From: Octopus vulgaris
Lineage: Eukaryota
NCBI GenBank assembly: GCA_951406725.2
Contig: OX597819.1
Coordinates: 28,954,001 to 29,018,000 of the forward strand
Length of the DNA stretch: 64,000 bases
Direction of reading: 5' to 3'
Both the position numbers and the translations under genes were made by a program. This document shows positions 10,000 through 23,262 of this stretch, one piece after another (position 1 is the first letter of the stretch; the number at the start of each line of letters is the position of its first letter). The notes beneath the pieces are model-generated. The model worked only from the letters and a program-made list of their open reading frames with translations, was not told the origin of the DNA and ran no database searches.

Positions 10000-12029
10000 T
10001 ATTCATAGAATATAATGTAATATTGTAATATAAATAAATTATTGAATTATACCAATATTTATATGATATACAACTGAAGTACCAGTGAATTGGATGTTTA
10101 ACACCCCTTTGAAGGATTTTTCCTCAGTTTGTTACTTTATACATATATGTATGTATATATGTATGTGTGTATCTGTCTCTTTTGCCGAACCGATAAGTTA
10201 CGGGGATGTAAACACACCAACATCGGTTGTTAAGCGAAGTTAGGGGGACAAACACATATATACATATACATATATGCGATGGGCTTCTTTCAGTTTCTGT
10301 CTACCAAATCCACTCACAAGGCTTTGGTCTGTCCAAGGCTATAGTAGAAGACACTTTGCCCAAGGTGCCATGCAGTAGGACTGAACCCAGAACCATGTGG
10401 TTGGCAAGCAAGCTACTTATCACTCAGCCACTCCTACAGACACATACAGGTATACATAAATTTGGCTTCTGTTCAGTTTTTGTCTACCAAATTTTACTCT
10501 CAAAATGTATGGCAGATCTTTGGTTGACTCTAAGCTGTCTTAGAAGACACTTACCTAAAGTGTAATAGAATGCGAGTTATGAAGGAAATATCTTAAAGCA
10601 TACAACCTTGTCTGTGTCATATTTTGAATATATGTATTTCATATCCTTCATCAAATCAACATCTGCTTGACAGTCTGGCTTAATGTGAGATTAAAGGTAC
10701 CTTTGACAGGATGTCAAGCTATGATAATCTACTCGTCATCTCCCTCCCATTGTCCCTATCTCTGTTATTCTTGTTTTTTTTTTTCTTTTTATGGTTCTTA
10801 CTAAGCTCCATATTATAATAACAGCAGCATCAACAACAACATTATTATTATTATTCTGAATAAATGAACACAAACTAATTGATTTTTAACATTGTTCAAT
10901 AAGAATGTAATGTAAATAACACTTCATGTTTGAAAGTTGTATGTAGACCTTACACCAGGTGCCAGGCTGTCTCTGTGTTCACCAGAGGCAATATTTTTCT
11001 CATTTGATTATTTCTTGACTGATTTGCTTACAATTCAGAAATGTTCCATTTATTTTCTTTATTTTCCTTATTTGTTACATTATTTTTCTTAAATGAATTT
11101 GCTTTAAACTATTTTTGATTGTTATATACCTCAAAAACATTGTTTTCTTTGGCAATATCTGTTTATGTACGGCTTCTGAAAACAAATAAAAGTAGCATTA
11201 GCTTTTTGAGCATGCATACAAGTTCATATTGTGAAACCCTAAAGACATATTCTGAACTGTTAATGTATTTGCCTTTGGCTAATCAGAATGTTATAGAAAA
11301 AACAGTTTTTTGTGACGCTTGCACCATTTTCATTGTATAATTATTAACGATAGCTTTTGTTTAGTTAGTTGCATATATATTTTATAAATTGTTCAACAGT
11401 ATTGTTGTAATTAGTAGTAGAGATACGGAAGAATATATGACACATGACATATATATATATATATATATATATAAGAGTATGTGTGTTTGTGTGTGTATGG
11501 GTCTGCACACATATGTTTTTGGTTAAGAATTATCATCATCATTACCACCACCACCACCGTCATAATTTAACAACTGTTTTCCGTGCCTGCATGGGTTGGG
11601 TGGTTTTACAGGTTTTACAGGAGCTGGCAAGGCCAAGGGCCACACCGGATTTCATAGTCCATTTTGGTATGGTTTCTAAAGCTGGACGCCCTTCCTAATG
11701 CCAACCACTTTACAGAGTGTACTGGGTGTTTTTTACCTAGCATCATCACCAGTGTTTTTGATGTAGCACCAGCACTAGTGCTCTTAATGTGTAAATTGTA
11801 AATTGAAAAGCCACAATTTATGATTCTTTTCATAATTGGTACAGAGGCTTAGAATTTCTGCTCATTCCCCCAATTTCAATTAATGTATGTCAGTGAAAAT
11901 TTGTGGTTGTAGCAGTTTTCTGACTGCTCTTTTTAGTGTGCTGATGCTATTTGTAGCACCCTTAATTATTAATATATATGTGTGTGTGTGTGTGTGTATA
12001 TATATGTATACACACATACATACACACTC

Positions 12030-12065
<36 letters not shown>

Positions 12066-15000
12066 CTTCCGTGCCGGTGGCACGTAAAAAGCACCAACTG
12101 ATCGTGGCCGATGCCAGCCTCCCCTAGCACCTGTGCCAGTGGCACGTAAAAAGCACCCACTACACTCACAGAGTGGTTGGCATTAGGAAGGGCATCCAGC
12201 TGTAGAAACACTGCCAGATCAGACTGGAGCTTGGTGCAGCCTCCTGGCTTCCCAGATCCTGGTTGAACCGTCCAACCCATGCTAGCACGGAAAACGGATG
12301 TTAAACGATGATGGTGATGATGTATATATATATATATACACACACACATCATCATCATTGTATAACGTCCACCTTCCATGCTGGCATGGGTGGGATGGTA
12401 TGACAAAAGCCTCCACCAGACTTCTGTGACTATTTTTACAGCTTGATGCCCTCCTTATCACCAACCACTCAGCCAGTGACGAAAGCGCTCTCCACTTGCA
12501 AATACTATATATAACTGGTGTTGGTTTGTTTATGTCTCAGTAACTTAGTGGTTTGGCATAAGAAACTGACAGGATAAGTACAGGCTTAAAAAAAGAAATA
12601 GGTACTGGGGTAGATTTGTTTGACACACACACACACACACATGTACCTATCCCTAAAATTTGAATTTTTACAAATATCTTGTGACATTTTTTTGAGTAAT
12701 TGAAATGTAAGGCATGAATTACAGATGTGTTTTTCTGTTTTATTATTGATTTCAAATTTTGATGTAAGGCCAGCAAATTTAGCAGAGGCAGATGGTCAAT
12801 TACATCAATCCCAGTGCTGAACTGGTATGTATTTTATCAACTCCCCCACAAGAATGAAAGGCAAAGTTGACCTCACCAGTGTTTGAACTCAGAACATGAA
12901 GACAAAATGCTGCTAGCATTTTGCCTGGCAGGCTAACAATTCTACCGGCTTGCCATCATCTTTTTGTGTTATTATTACTTGCCAATTTAAGGCGGTGAGC
13001 TGGCAGAAATGTTAGCACGCTGGGCGAAATGCTTAGCAGTATTTCGTCTGCTGTTATGTTGTGAGTTCAAATTACGCCTAGGTTGACTTTGCCTTTCATC
13101 CTTTCGGGGTCGATAATTAATTACCAATGAAACACTGGGAGTAGTGTAACTGACTGTTCCCCTCCTTCAAATTTCAGGTCTTGTGCCTATAGTAGGAAGG
13201 ATTATTACTTGTTTATTTGTGAAATGTTATTTAATGATAACCTCATGGGTAAATTTTGGTTTATTAGGATCTACTGGAATGATTATCTCTGACTTAAATC
13301 CTTGTATCTTTGAAAAAATACACAAGTCAAAACTAGTTTTCTGAATAGATTATTCTATTGAGTGATCGGAACAATTGTCAAATAAAGAACGTTATCTTGT
13401 GAATAATGTTCACTTTAATAAATAATTAATAATTATGCAGTGAAAAAACCCAAAACATTTTCTGTGAGAATTACAATTATTTCCTTCAAGCGTCCATAAG
13501 TTGCTTTTACAACTTAGACAAAATAAATCTTTTCACATAAACGCACACATGCGCACACACACAAACTTGCTTTATAATTTTAAAGATAATTCAGAAAATA
13601 ATTATTTCTGGAAGACAGATTTAATTAGGAAACTGATTTCCCTTATTATCTTCCATTTTTCATAAGTTATATTTTATTTATTCTTATTTCTTTTCCCTTT
13701 TTCTTTCAAAATTGATATAAAAACAGAAATTGCAAATAAGAAATATATGATTCCACATAAAATTAAAGAATATAATTATTTATGAGAATTGCCAATTGAT
13801 TGTATATCATTAACTTTTAGTTGATCAATTAGAAGGAAACAGACAAATGAAATCTTTTAATTGATCAATAATTGTCTTTAAAAGATAATACTTCAGCAAT
13901 TAGCTTTATTTGTTATATAATATTATGTATAAATCTAACTTTTAATGATCAGCTTTGGACAATAAAAAGAAAGCAGTAATTCCATTCTGGTGCCTGGACA
14001 TTTTCTTGGATTGGTTAATTATGAAAATTTTTTTCCCCAAAGTATCATTATTTTTCTTTTAAAATAAAAATTCAATTGTTTAAAAAGTGGTCTATTAATT
14101 TATTTTCACTTAAATTTCAGTAGGTAGTAAATTGACTGAGTCATTAGAGTGATGGATAAAATGGCTCATGGTATTTGTTCTGTGTTCAAATCCTGCTGAG
14201 GTCAACTTTATTTTCTATGGTTGATAAAGCAGGAAGTAAAGAAGGATACTTTAAAGATTGTTAGCCTGGGTCACTTTTTGGTGATTGCTTTGTGTTCTGA
14301 GTTCAAATCTCACTGGCTTATTTGGGTGGTAGACTTAATCTGTTGCTTAAGATTGTAAGCTGAGTGACATATCAGTGGAATCCATTCTGTAACTAGCATT
14401 TAGGGTGAATTGGTTATGAAAAACAGTCATAACAAAAAAAGTTTTTAAAAATCACTGAAAAAAGAATAAAATGAGATATTCTAAAGTGAGCCACCTTGAA
14501 CATCACTGATCCAAAATTACTCTACCAGAGGTAGGCGTCATCTTCCAACTGTGTTCTTCAGTATGCATGCACATAATTTGTACATAATTCTATGTACTAT
14601 ACATGTGCCTTTGATGAGTTGTAGTGTGCCTGAGCACTATACACAATAATTTCATTATTATTATTATACTGAATGTAGTTCCATTAATGTAGGTTACTCT
14701 CACCTTTCTTATACACCTTGAAACAGATTTATTAGAGGACAACATCTACCACCTTTCTTTACTATTAGAATTTGAAGACGTTGATGAGAGCCTCTCTAAA
14801 GCAGAAAGTATCTGTGTTCATTCCTTTCAATCTTGTCTGCTATACAATTAATTTCATTGTAGCCATGAGGTAGAGGAAAACTACTTGTCTTCCTTGGCCC
14901 AAGAAAGGTGGTGAGGCAGTTCTCGTGATGGAATTGATTCTTTTATTCTTTTATTTGTTTCAAGTCATTTGACTGTGGCCATGCTGGAGCACCACCTTTA

Positions 15001-15171
15001 GTTGAACAAAATGACTCTAGGACTTATTCGTTATAAGCCTAGTACTTATTCAATCGGTCTCTTTTATTGAACTGCTAAGTTACGGGGATATTAACACACC
15101 AACATATAGAGGACAAACACAGACACACAAATACATGCATACATACATACATACATACATATATATATGTC

Positions 15172-15203
<32 letters not shown>

Positions 15204-15240
15204 TGTTTATACATATATATATATATACATATATATATAC

Positions 15241-16329
15241 ATGATGATGACTGCACCCTCGTTATCGAGTATGGCCATTGCACGAAGCTTCACTGTTACT
15301 GGTGCTGTGATTGAATGTGACTTTTTAGCCCAGCTAAAGATCTACAATGTCTTGTACAGAATTGGCAACTACAACCTTTACCGGTAATAGCCGGCTGTAG
15401 TTGTAACTGGGCTTCATGTACCTTTGCATGTTGTTTAAGTCCTCCTGCCAAATTACACTCTCTTCCACATCCCCGACAGATATGATTAGTATGGTGTGTT
15501 ACACCACCACCAGTGACCAGGTTGTCACTCATCTGTCTCGCTTTATGACTACGAAGATGACTCTTTAGTCCAGCTTTACTGAGGCAGGGTCTTGCACAGA
15601 CACTGCATGTCAGCATCATAGGAAGACCCTTCCCATCTGGAAGTGTAACAGCGATGCCCTTCCTGACATCCCTCCTTACTTTCTCTTGTGCAACTCGAGA
15701 TTTCTCAAAAGTGGCTGTCCCCTCATGCACAATCCTTCTCCACCTGCTACGATCAATAGCTATGCCTTCCCATGTGTCAGGAGAGATGCAAGCATCTCTT
15801 AAGGAAGCCTTCAGCAAGTCCTTATAACTCTTTTTTGGTTTATGTGGAGGTCGTTCTCCTTTAGCTAACTCTCCATAAAAGAGTTGTTTTGACATCCTTG
15901 AATCCTTCATTCTGACCAGATGACCACTCCATCTGAACCTTTGCTTTAACACAAGAGCTTCTATTCTTTCACACCGAGAGCCTTCCAATATTTCAAGATC
16001 ACTGATGCAGTCCTTCCACTTAATGCCATAGATCCGTCTGAGACAATCTGATGGAAACGTTCCAGTTGTTTAAGGTGGTATCGATATGTGACCCACGTCT
16101 CGCAGGCATAGAGAAGAGAAGGGAGCACACATGCCTTGTACACCTTTATCTTTGTCTTTCTGCATATGTCTCGCCGACTCCAGAGGCGCTTTTCTAGCCT
16201 TCCGAAAGCAACACTTGCTTTCCTAATTCTATATGGAATTTCATCATCCAAATTGCTATATCTATTAATAGTGCTTCCCAGGTAGACAAACTGATCAACT
16301 ACATCAAGTCGTTTACCATACACATAGAT
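15241..16329 (-). mobile_element. 5'-truncated RTE-clade LINE with three C-terminal C2H2 zinc fingers
   Basis: RT thumb and C-terminus FVYLGS..RIRKASVAFGRL..LLYACETW..LERFHQ, RWSGHLVRM..KQLFYGEL (frameshifted near 16050-15980). Three C-x2-C...H-x3/4-H motifs follow. 3' stem-loop CTCGATAACGAG and (CAT)n tail. Confidence 0.9.
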
Positions 16330-16486
16330 ATGACTGAAACATGTAAAAGATAAAGCCATTGAAATTGTACTACACTCTTTCAGCATCTAAGCATTGCTGA
16401 CTTGCAAAATTGTGTCCAACAGCTGCTGTTGTTATATGTAGGATAAATTTGGTTACAATCTCAATAGGCACAGGAGTGATTGTGTG

Positions 16487-16517
<31 letters not shown>

Positions 16518-16525
16518 ATATATAT

Positions 16526-16723
16526 GTGGCCGCATGTGTATCGTTGGCGATTTTCTTTCTCCGTCTTCCCTTCCTTGGACCTTCCTTTTTCTATGTTTCT
16601 GACAAAGAGCTCTGCTTGAAATGTTAAATCCTCCTTCTTTCTTTCCTGAGCGTCCAATAACACTATACTTGTTCCACGTCCTCGTGTTGTTGTGTTTTAT
16701 CTTTGTTCATGTTTGGAGTAACT
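16526..16723 (+). mobile_element. Penelope-like terminal-repeat fragment in a microsatellite, decayed hammerhead-like core
   Basis: TTT-CTGACAA-AGAGC-TCT-GCTT-GAAATGTTA-AA at about 16596-16628. Same family as 45470-45640 and 4982-5460. Confidence 0.5.
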
Positions 16724-17599
16724 ATATATATATATATACACACACAACGGGCTTCTTTCAATTTCCGTCTACCAAATCCACTCTCAAGGCTTTGGTCAGC
16801 CCGAAGCTATAGTAGAAGGTACTTTCCCAAGGTGCCACGCAGTGGGACTGACCCCAGAACTATGTGGTTGGTAAGTAAGCTTCTTACCACACAATCACTC
16901 CTGCGCCTATTGAGATTGTAACCAAACTTATCTTTACACATAACAACAGCAGCTGTTGGACACAATTTTGCAAATCAGCAAAGAGTGTAGTACAATTTCA
17001 ATGGGTTTATCTTTTACATGTTTCAGTCATTACACTGTGGCCATACTGGGGCACCGCCTTGAAGTGTCTTTAGTTGAATGAATCGACTCCAGTACTTGAT
17101 TTTCTTCTTTTCTAAACCTGACACTTATTCTACCAGTCTCTTTTGATCTATCCAACTCAAGCCAGTATAGAGAGAAGGCATAAACAATGATGATAATTTA
17201 AACAGATTAATATTAATTTTATTTTTAAATTGGAAATCTGATTCTGTTTTACTATGAGCTAATGTTATTCAAAGACCAGGGAAATGTAATATTAAAATTA
17301 TTCTCTAATGGTATTGAAGAATTTTCCAAATCTTCTTTGCAATAGCATTAAGTTCATTTTGTCTGATCTTATAACATGGAAAGTTATTACTGACATTGCT
17401 GCTGCTACTATACTATTACTACAAATATTAACAAATGAGACAGCCTCTACGTGGTTACTGTATGTGCTAGAAGTAACAGTCAAATCTCTCTCACATTTTG
17501 TTTTTGTTATAAGAAAGTCCCCAAAAAATGTAAGAAGTCACTCAGTGCAAAGGACTATGAGAAGGAGAAATTAAGTTGAAAGAAATGAATTTACTTTAG

Positions 17600-18040
17600 A
17601 CTTGAAAGAGTTATGGTCATGAGAAGGAAGAAAACATTAGAAGCTAATAAGAAGGAGAAGGAAGAAGATTATAAAGTCTGGCAGTTCAAGGAAAATGTTA
17701 CAACTATAGAAAGACTTCCTTATTATTGGAAGTACAACAGCATTTGGATAAAGACACTGTGAGTTTGGAGTCAGGTGAGATGGCACAAAGTGATCTGGAA
17801 CTAAGAGAGAGAGTTCATCCTGGGTTGATAACAGTAGAAAAGACTTAAGACTGGTGATGTCACATTGATGTGATGAGTTGCAGAGCTGAAGCGAGAGAGG
17901 ACCTGATTGAGGAGATCCAAGTGACAAGATGGTGCACCTACCCGTATATGACAACAGTATTCCATACAAGGACGAATTGTGGACTTGTAAAGACCTTACT
18001 GTCGTCATATACGGAAGGATACATTGGACAACATAATCTT
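17600..18040 (-). mobile_element. CR1/Jockey-group LINE RT C-terminal remnant
   Basis: A minus frame reads LYKSTIRPCMEYCCHIRVGAPSCHLDLLNQV, matching the LYK--IRP-LEY---W motif. Confidence 0.65.
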
Positions 18041-18225
18041 AGATACCACTAAGAAGACAGGATGGTCAAGTCTGGAACATATTTGATCATAGTCCTGGTT
18101 GATCAAAAGGCTCAACTACTTCTTCTACTTGTGCATCATGTATGTTTGTTAGTTGTGGCACAAAACAATTGTAAGTTCTAATCCTCAAACAAAATTGTCA
18201 GTTCCTTTATATAATCACTTTACTG

Positions 18226-19570
18226 TGGAGTTCTAGTTTAAGCACCCCATATAAACCCTTGTAACTTTTTTTATTTTTTGGAATTTTCAGAAAACTTTTG
18301 TAAATTTGTGTTCTATTGGGTTGTCTGGAAAGTTCGTTCCGATTTTTAAAGGAAAGAAAAAGGTCAATAAATACTTGCCATTACATTTTTAAACAACCAA
18401 ATATGAACCATTTTGTTGTACAATGCGTCTCCATCTTTCCTTTAACTTGGAAATACCCTCTTCCCAGAATTGAGGTGGTTTCATAGCAAAGAATTCATCA
18501 AAGTATCTTTTTACGTCATCCAAGGAATTGAAATCTTTACCATTAAGACTATTCTGCAGAGACCTGAATAAGTGGAAATCTGAAGGAGCAATATCTGGTG
18601 AATATGGAGGGTGGGGTAACACATTCCAGCTGAGCTGTAGCAATTTTTATCTGGTTCCCAAATCAAGTACCGAAAATGAACTTTCTTATCTTCCATTTTA
18701 AAGGGTTATAGAATTAACACAGGTTATAGGAATATAAACCTTCTTCCACGAAAAGATAGCTTAAACTGTGCTCTAAATGGAGGTGTAGTCAAATCCTATT
18801 TCATGGACTCAACCATGTTCTAAAATAAGTCAAAAGGTAAGCTATTATAAATCAGCACGAACTTTCCGGACAACCCAATACATACAGGAATTCATACAAT
18901 TATGAAAAAAATTTTGTGTGTGTGATTTAAGGGTGATTTAGCTGTTGTTTTTTAGCACATCCTATGGCTACCAGATACCGTCCTTGCTTCTTTGTCACTC
19001 TGACAAGTATTTATGTTTTTCAATATATTTCTTTTCCCCAAAAGGTGGCAACATGGCAGAATTGTTAGCACACCAGGCAAAATACTTAATGGTATTTCAT
19101 CTGTCAACATGTTCTGGGTTCAAATTCCATCAATGTTAACTTTGCCTTTCATCCTTTCAGGGGTTGATAAATCAAGTACTAATCGAACACTGGGGATGAT
19201 GTAATCGACTAGCACTCTCCTCCAAAATTTTTGGCCTTGTGCCAAAATTTGAAACCAATATTTTTCTCCCTATGAGCTCATTTAATGGAATGATGATGCA
19301 ACCAAGAGTGGTTCCACTGCTGAGATATAAGCAAAAAATTTGGACTGTTCGCATTTTAAACTCTGAAGTAAAAAAAAAAAATCCAAAAAAGAGTGGAAAC
19401 TTTAGGATTTATCAGTGTGGGGTGGGAATGGAGGGGAGCTTAAAAAATTTTTTTTCATAATTGTATGAATTCCTGTGTGTAGAACACAAATTCACAAAAT
19501 TGTTCTGTAAATTCCAAAAATTAAAAAGGAATTATAAGGGGTAATATGAGGTGATTAAACCAGAATTCCA
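18226..19570. mobile_element. Long-TIR non-autonomous DNA element hosting nested insertions
   Basis: 18226-18315 plus 18881-18915 is the diverged reverse complement of 19445-19570. Confidence 0.7.
18316..18878 (-). mobile_element. Internally deleted mariner transposon
   Basis: TA|TTGGGTTGTCTGGAAAGTTCG ... CGAACTTTCCGGACAACCCAA|TA. N-terminus MEDKKVHFR is fused to the C-terminus HPPYSPDIAPSDFHLF...ERWRRIVQQNGSY. Confidence 0.93.
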
Positions 19571-19814
19571 TCCACATTACATATTTTACCATTTTATGTA
19601 ATTGGGGGAATGATTTCTGATTAAACACATATAACTAATGTAGTCTTGTTCCCTGATATTGTTTTTACAATAAATACCAATGTAGATAAAAAATGTGATT
19701 CAATCATACACTTATTTCCTGGTTTGCTAATTTGTTCATTACTAAATATCTACATAGAGAAATCCTATATGTTGTACTTAACTGGTCTGTATCTTGATTC
19801 TGATTACAGTTTAA

Positions 19815-20036
19815 CCCTTTAGCATTTAAACTGGCCATATCCGGCCAAAAGTATTCTGCCTGTTTTATGTTCAAACTGGCCAGATCTGGTCTCTCACACC
19901 AGCCATACAATATCATTTTAAAAATTAACAGCTACCTCATCAAAATCTCATAGCTATAAGATAATGCCTGATTAGTTCAAAACAATGTGGATAAAAAAAG
20001 GATTAATTTGGACAGAATAATGTGAACACTAAAGGG
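19815..20036. mobile_element. piggyBac-type MITE
   Basis: TTAA|CCCTTTAG ... CTAAAGGG|TTAA. A partial inverted copy lies at about 59935-60025. Confidence 0.85.
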
Positions 20037-20189
20037 TTAAAGCCTTTTAACTTTTATTCAGATATCTGTTGTAAATTGCTTAAGAAAAAGGGAGAACTAT
20101 AATTGTTAAGTACCAATGATATGAACTCACACTGATTCACTTTATGACTTGTTCAATACTTGTTTATAGCAGCAACAGCAGGAAAAGGT

Positions 20190-21078
20190 CAACTAATTTG
20201 CTAGTATGGTAATGGCAAACTTCTGTGACATTCCTTTAAAAAAAACTGTTGAATTCCTTTTAAAGAAAGTGTGGTCCCAATACATCTTACCAAACTGGAG
20301 CACCTGCTCTTCCACTATGGAGGAGACACATTCCAGATGCTCCATTTGCTGTCAACACCTGCTTAGTGGAGAAGCGGGCATGCTGTGGTTGTGACATCTC
20401 AAACAATTCCTTGATGGTGAGCAGGTGTGGTCATTAAATGTCAAATAGGCATTTTCACTGCCCTTTTCTTTGACAGAAATGCAGTCCTGGATCAAGTGTA
20501 GACCAAGGTTGTCACCTGGCAGATAGAGTATTATCAGGCTCTCACAGCCCTCTGCCAGTCAGGCAATGAAGTCATTAGAAGTTCTACTCTGGCTTGCTAT
20601 AGCAGGTTAGTGGTGGGCAAGAGCAATGTTATTCTGAGGGATACCACAAGCAGCAATGAAAATCAACTGGCTGGTGTGTTCCAAAAGACATTTGGGCTGC
20701 AGCCCGTGGATAATTTCTAGAAATCTCTGGCCTGGCAGTGCTACCAGGGGATATTGCTGGCTTTGGATAAACTCTACAGGCATGGGAGTACTGTCAGTTG
20801 AGCCTGCCTGAGATACATACACAGTGATGAAACTGTTCTGCATACACTCATCCCATGCCCAGCTATTGCTGACTTGTGGAGTTATGTTGAACATCTGCTA
20901 TTTCATGTTGGATGAATCCAGCTATAAGCTGAGTCTATTCTGAAGATTGTCTTGCAACCTTCTTTGGCTATGAAGGACAGGCAGTTATCATCTGTCCGGC
21001 TACTTTTGGCAAAAGAAATTATTTGATAGATGAGATTGAAAGGGTTGAAGGCAAAAACCCTCCCTTTGGCCAAGCCTT
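20190..21078 (+). mobile_element. Tx1/L1-clade LINE ORF2 C-terminal remnant
   Basis: Decayed frames give KSLAWQCY..DKLYRHG..CLRYIHSDETVLHTLIPCPAIADLW, a zf-RVT-like region. Homologous inverted piece at 40460-41180. Confidence 0.6.
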
Positions 21079-22877
21079 CATCATCATCATCATCGTCGTT
21101 TAACGTCCGTTCTCCATGCTAGCATGGGTTGGACTAATCAACTTTTTTCAAATTTTATTTAAAAAGGAAAGTGAGGTTGGAGAGGGAAGTGCTGCTTTAC
21201 AACAGATTTGTTGAGAGGTGGATGAAAGTGGCAAGGATGGTCTGAGGGGACAGGTATATTATGAGGATGTGCTGATAGTCCGAGAAGGAGGGCACCATTA
21301 GAGATTTCCCACTTTTTGGAGAATTATTTCTTGTTTGAAATTTTTGTTTCTTCATTTCTCACTTTTTTAATACTGTTTATACATTACTATGCAACCCCAC
21401 ATTGTATTGTCCTGTACCGTTTTTGACTTTTTTGACGTTGTTATTATTATTATCATCAACATCATTATTATTAGTTCAGTAATCATGATCTTGTTACATG
21501 CTTTCACTGTATAATCAAGTACCATTTTTTGTGCTTTGGTTTTGTGCAGGATTTTTAAAAATCTATTGTATTGAAAGTACATTGCAGAAGAAATTTGAAT
21601 GTTTGGTGGTGCTGTTTTGCATATATTCTGAATATGTGTAAGTCATGGTGTATGTCTCTACCTCAATTTTGAATCAGTCCCAAGATACCTATTTTTATAT
21701 TTATAAATGAATAATTTCACAGTTTCTTTAAATGATATATTATCATCTGCTGGGACAGAGATAGAAATTGACTCTTGGTACTGAAATACATAAATGCAGA
21801 AATTGAACTGTTGAGGGTGCATGCTCTGAAATATTTTACAAGTTTCAATTCATGCTTCCTCAAAAGTGAATATTTTTCTTTATCTTTGTAGACTTTATAT
21901 TGTTTTAAAATAGATACACTATTTAATTCTGATATCAAAATATCATTTAAGTGTGCATTAATTAATGTGAGTTTGAGAATCAGAGCTTCTTCTGGCATCA
22001 CATCAAAAGGAGTTTCCTAGTTTTATAGTTTGAGTTCATGATTTTGTATATATCAAAGCCATTTTTCTTGAAATTGATCCAAAAGATTGAAATACTCTGC
22101 AACCTCTTTCACCATTAGTTCTAGTTTCTGTTCTTCCAGTCTCTAAAAATATACTTGCAATATAGTATTTTTTAAAAATTGAATTATGAACAATTACAGA
22201 ATTAATTCAATGATATTGACACAAAGAGAAGTAATAAAATGATTTGGCCTCATAATTTCAAACTTAGTGGTGTTGACTAAAATTGCCAAATCATATAGCC
22301 GTATTAGTATTCTGTTTCTATAAAAGGATGGTCTTTAACATCCATGAAAGCTTTCTCATTGTCTTTTGACTCATAGCAACATTTAAGAATGCATCCCCAT
22401 CATGCATGTGCACAATGATACATAACCATATCCCACTTTAAAGGATTTTAAATTAAAAAAATTTCTAATGATCAATCCTTTACTTTTTAAGAAGTTAATA
22501 CATATTTCTTACCACTTTTATCATGTAATTCATTCTTAGAGAATGAGACCATAAGTGTTGGTGGTGAATAATACAATGAAACATTATTAAGAATCAATCA
22601 ATTGCTTTCCAATTCTTTATTGATAAAAGCAATAATTCTTTTATGAAATCCTGCCATAGATGGCATACTATCTAAAACTATTCTGCTAAGTGTTTTTCTT
22701 CTTTTTTATGAAGTAAATCAAAATCATTTATTGCTGATTTGACTTTAGAGACAAGATATTTACATGCATTGAGTTTAAGGGAAGTAAATTTTAAAGCAGA
22801 TAAATTTTCTTGCACTGTACAGTTTACTATTAACCTTTGTACATGTACAGCCAAATGTAAATGCTATTATCTCATCA

Positions 22878-23262
22878 GGAAGCGCAATGGCCCAGTGGTT
22901 AGGGCAGCGGACTCGCGGTCGTAGGATCGCGGTTTCGATTCCCAGACTGGGCGTTGTGAGTGTTTATTGAGCGAAAACACCTAAAAGCTCCACAAGGCTC
23001 CGGCAGGGATGATGGTGATCCCTGCTGTACTCTTTCACCACAACTTTCTCTCACTCTTACTTCCTGTTTCTGTTGTACCTGTATTTCAAGGGGCTGGCCT
23101 TGTCACTCTCTGTGTCACGCTGAATATCCCCGAGAACTACGTTAAGGGTGCACGTGTCTGTGGAGTGCTCAGCCACTTACACGTTAATTTCACGAGCAGG
23201 CTGTTCTGTTGATTCGGATCAACCGGAACCCTCATCGTCATAACTGATGGAGTGCTTCCATC
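22878..23262 (+). mobile_element. tRNA(Arg-TCG-like)-derived SINE family C, CpG-rich and probably young
   Basis: A-box TGGCCCAGTGG, anticodon-like GACTCGCGGTC and B-box GGTTTCGATTCC, followed by a ~300-bp non-tRNA body and a (TCCA) tail. Confidence 0.75.

Larger units (their letters stand above)
14940..16909 (-). mobile_element. SINE family B copy split at its internal microsatellite by later insertions
   Basis: 3' half at 14940-15240 and 5' half at 16746-16909 are collinear with the intact copy at 26463-26865. Confidence 0.8.

Noticed and set aside
14778-14815. Hammerhead-like TTGATGA-GAGCC...GAAAG
   Set aside because: Stems II and III do not pair and there is no valid cleavage triplet with stem I.
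15296-15988. Host C2H2 zinc-finger transcription factor gene
   Set aside because: The fingers are in frame with the RTE C-terminus and upstream of the LINE tail, so they belong to the element.
22880-22955. tRNA-Arg gene
   Set aside because: A and B boxes are present, but the acceptor and anticodon stems pair poorly and the sequence continues into a SINE body with no poly-T terminator.
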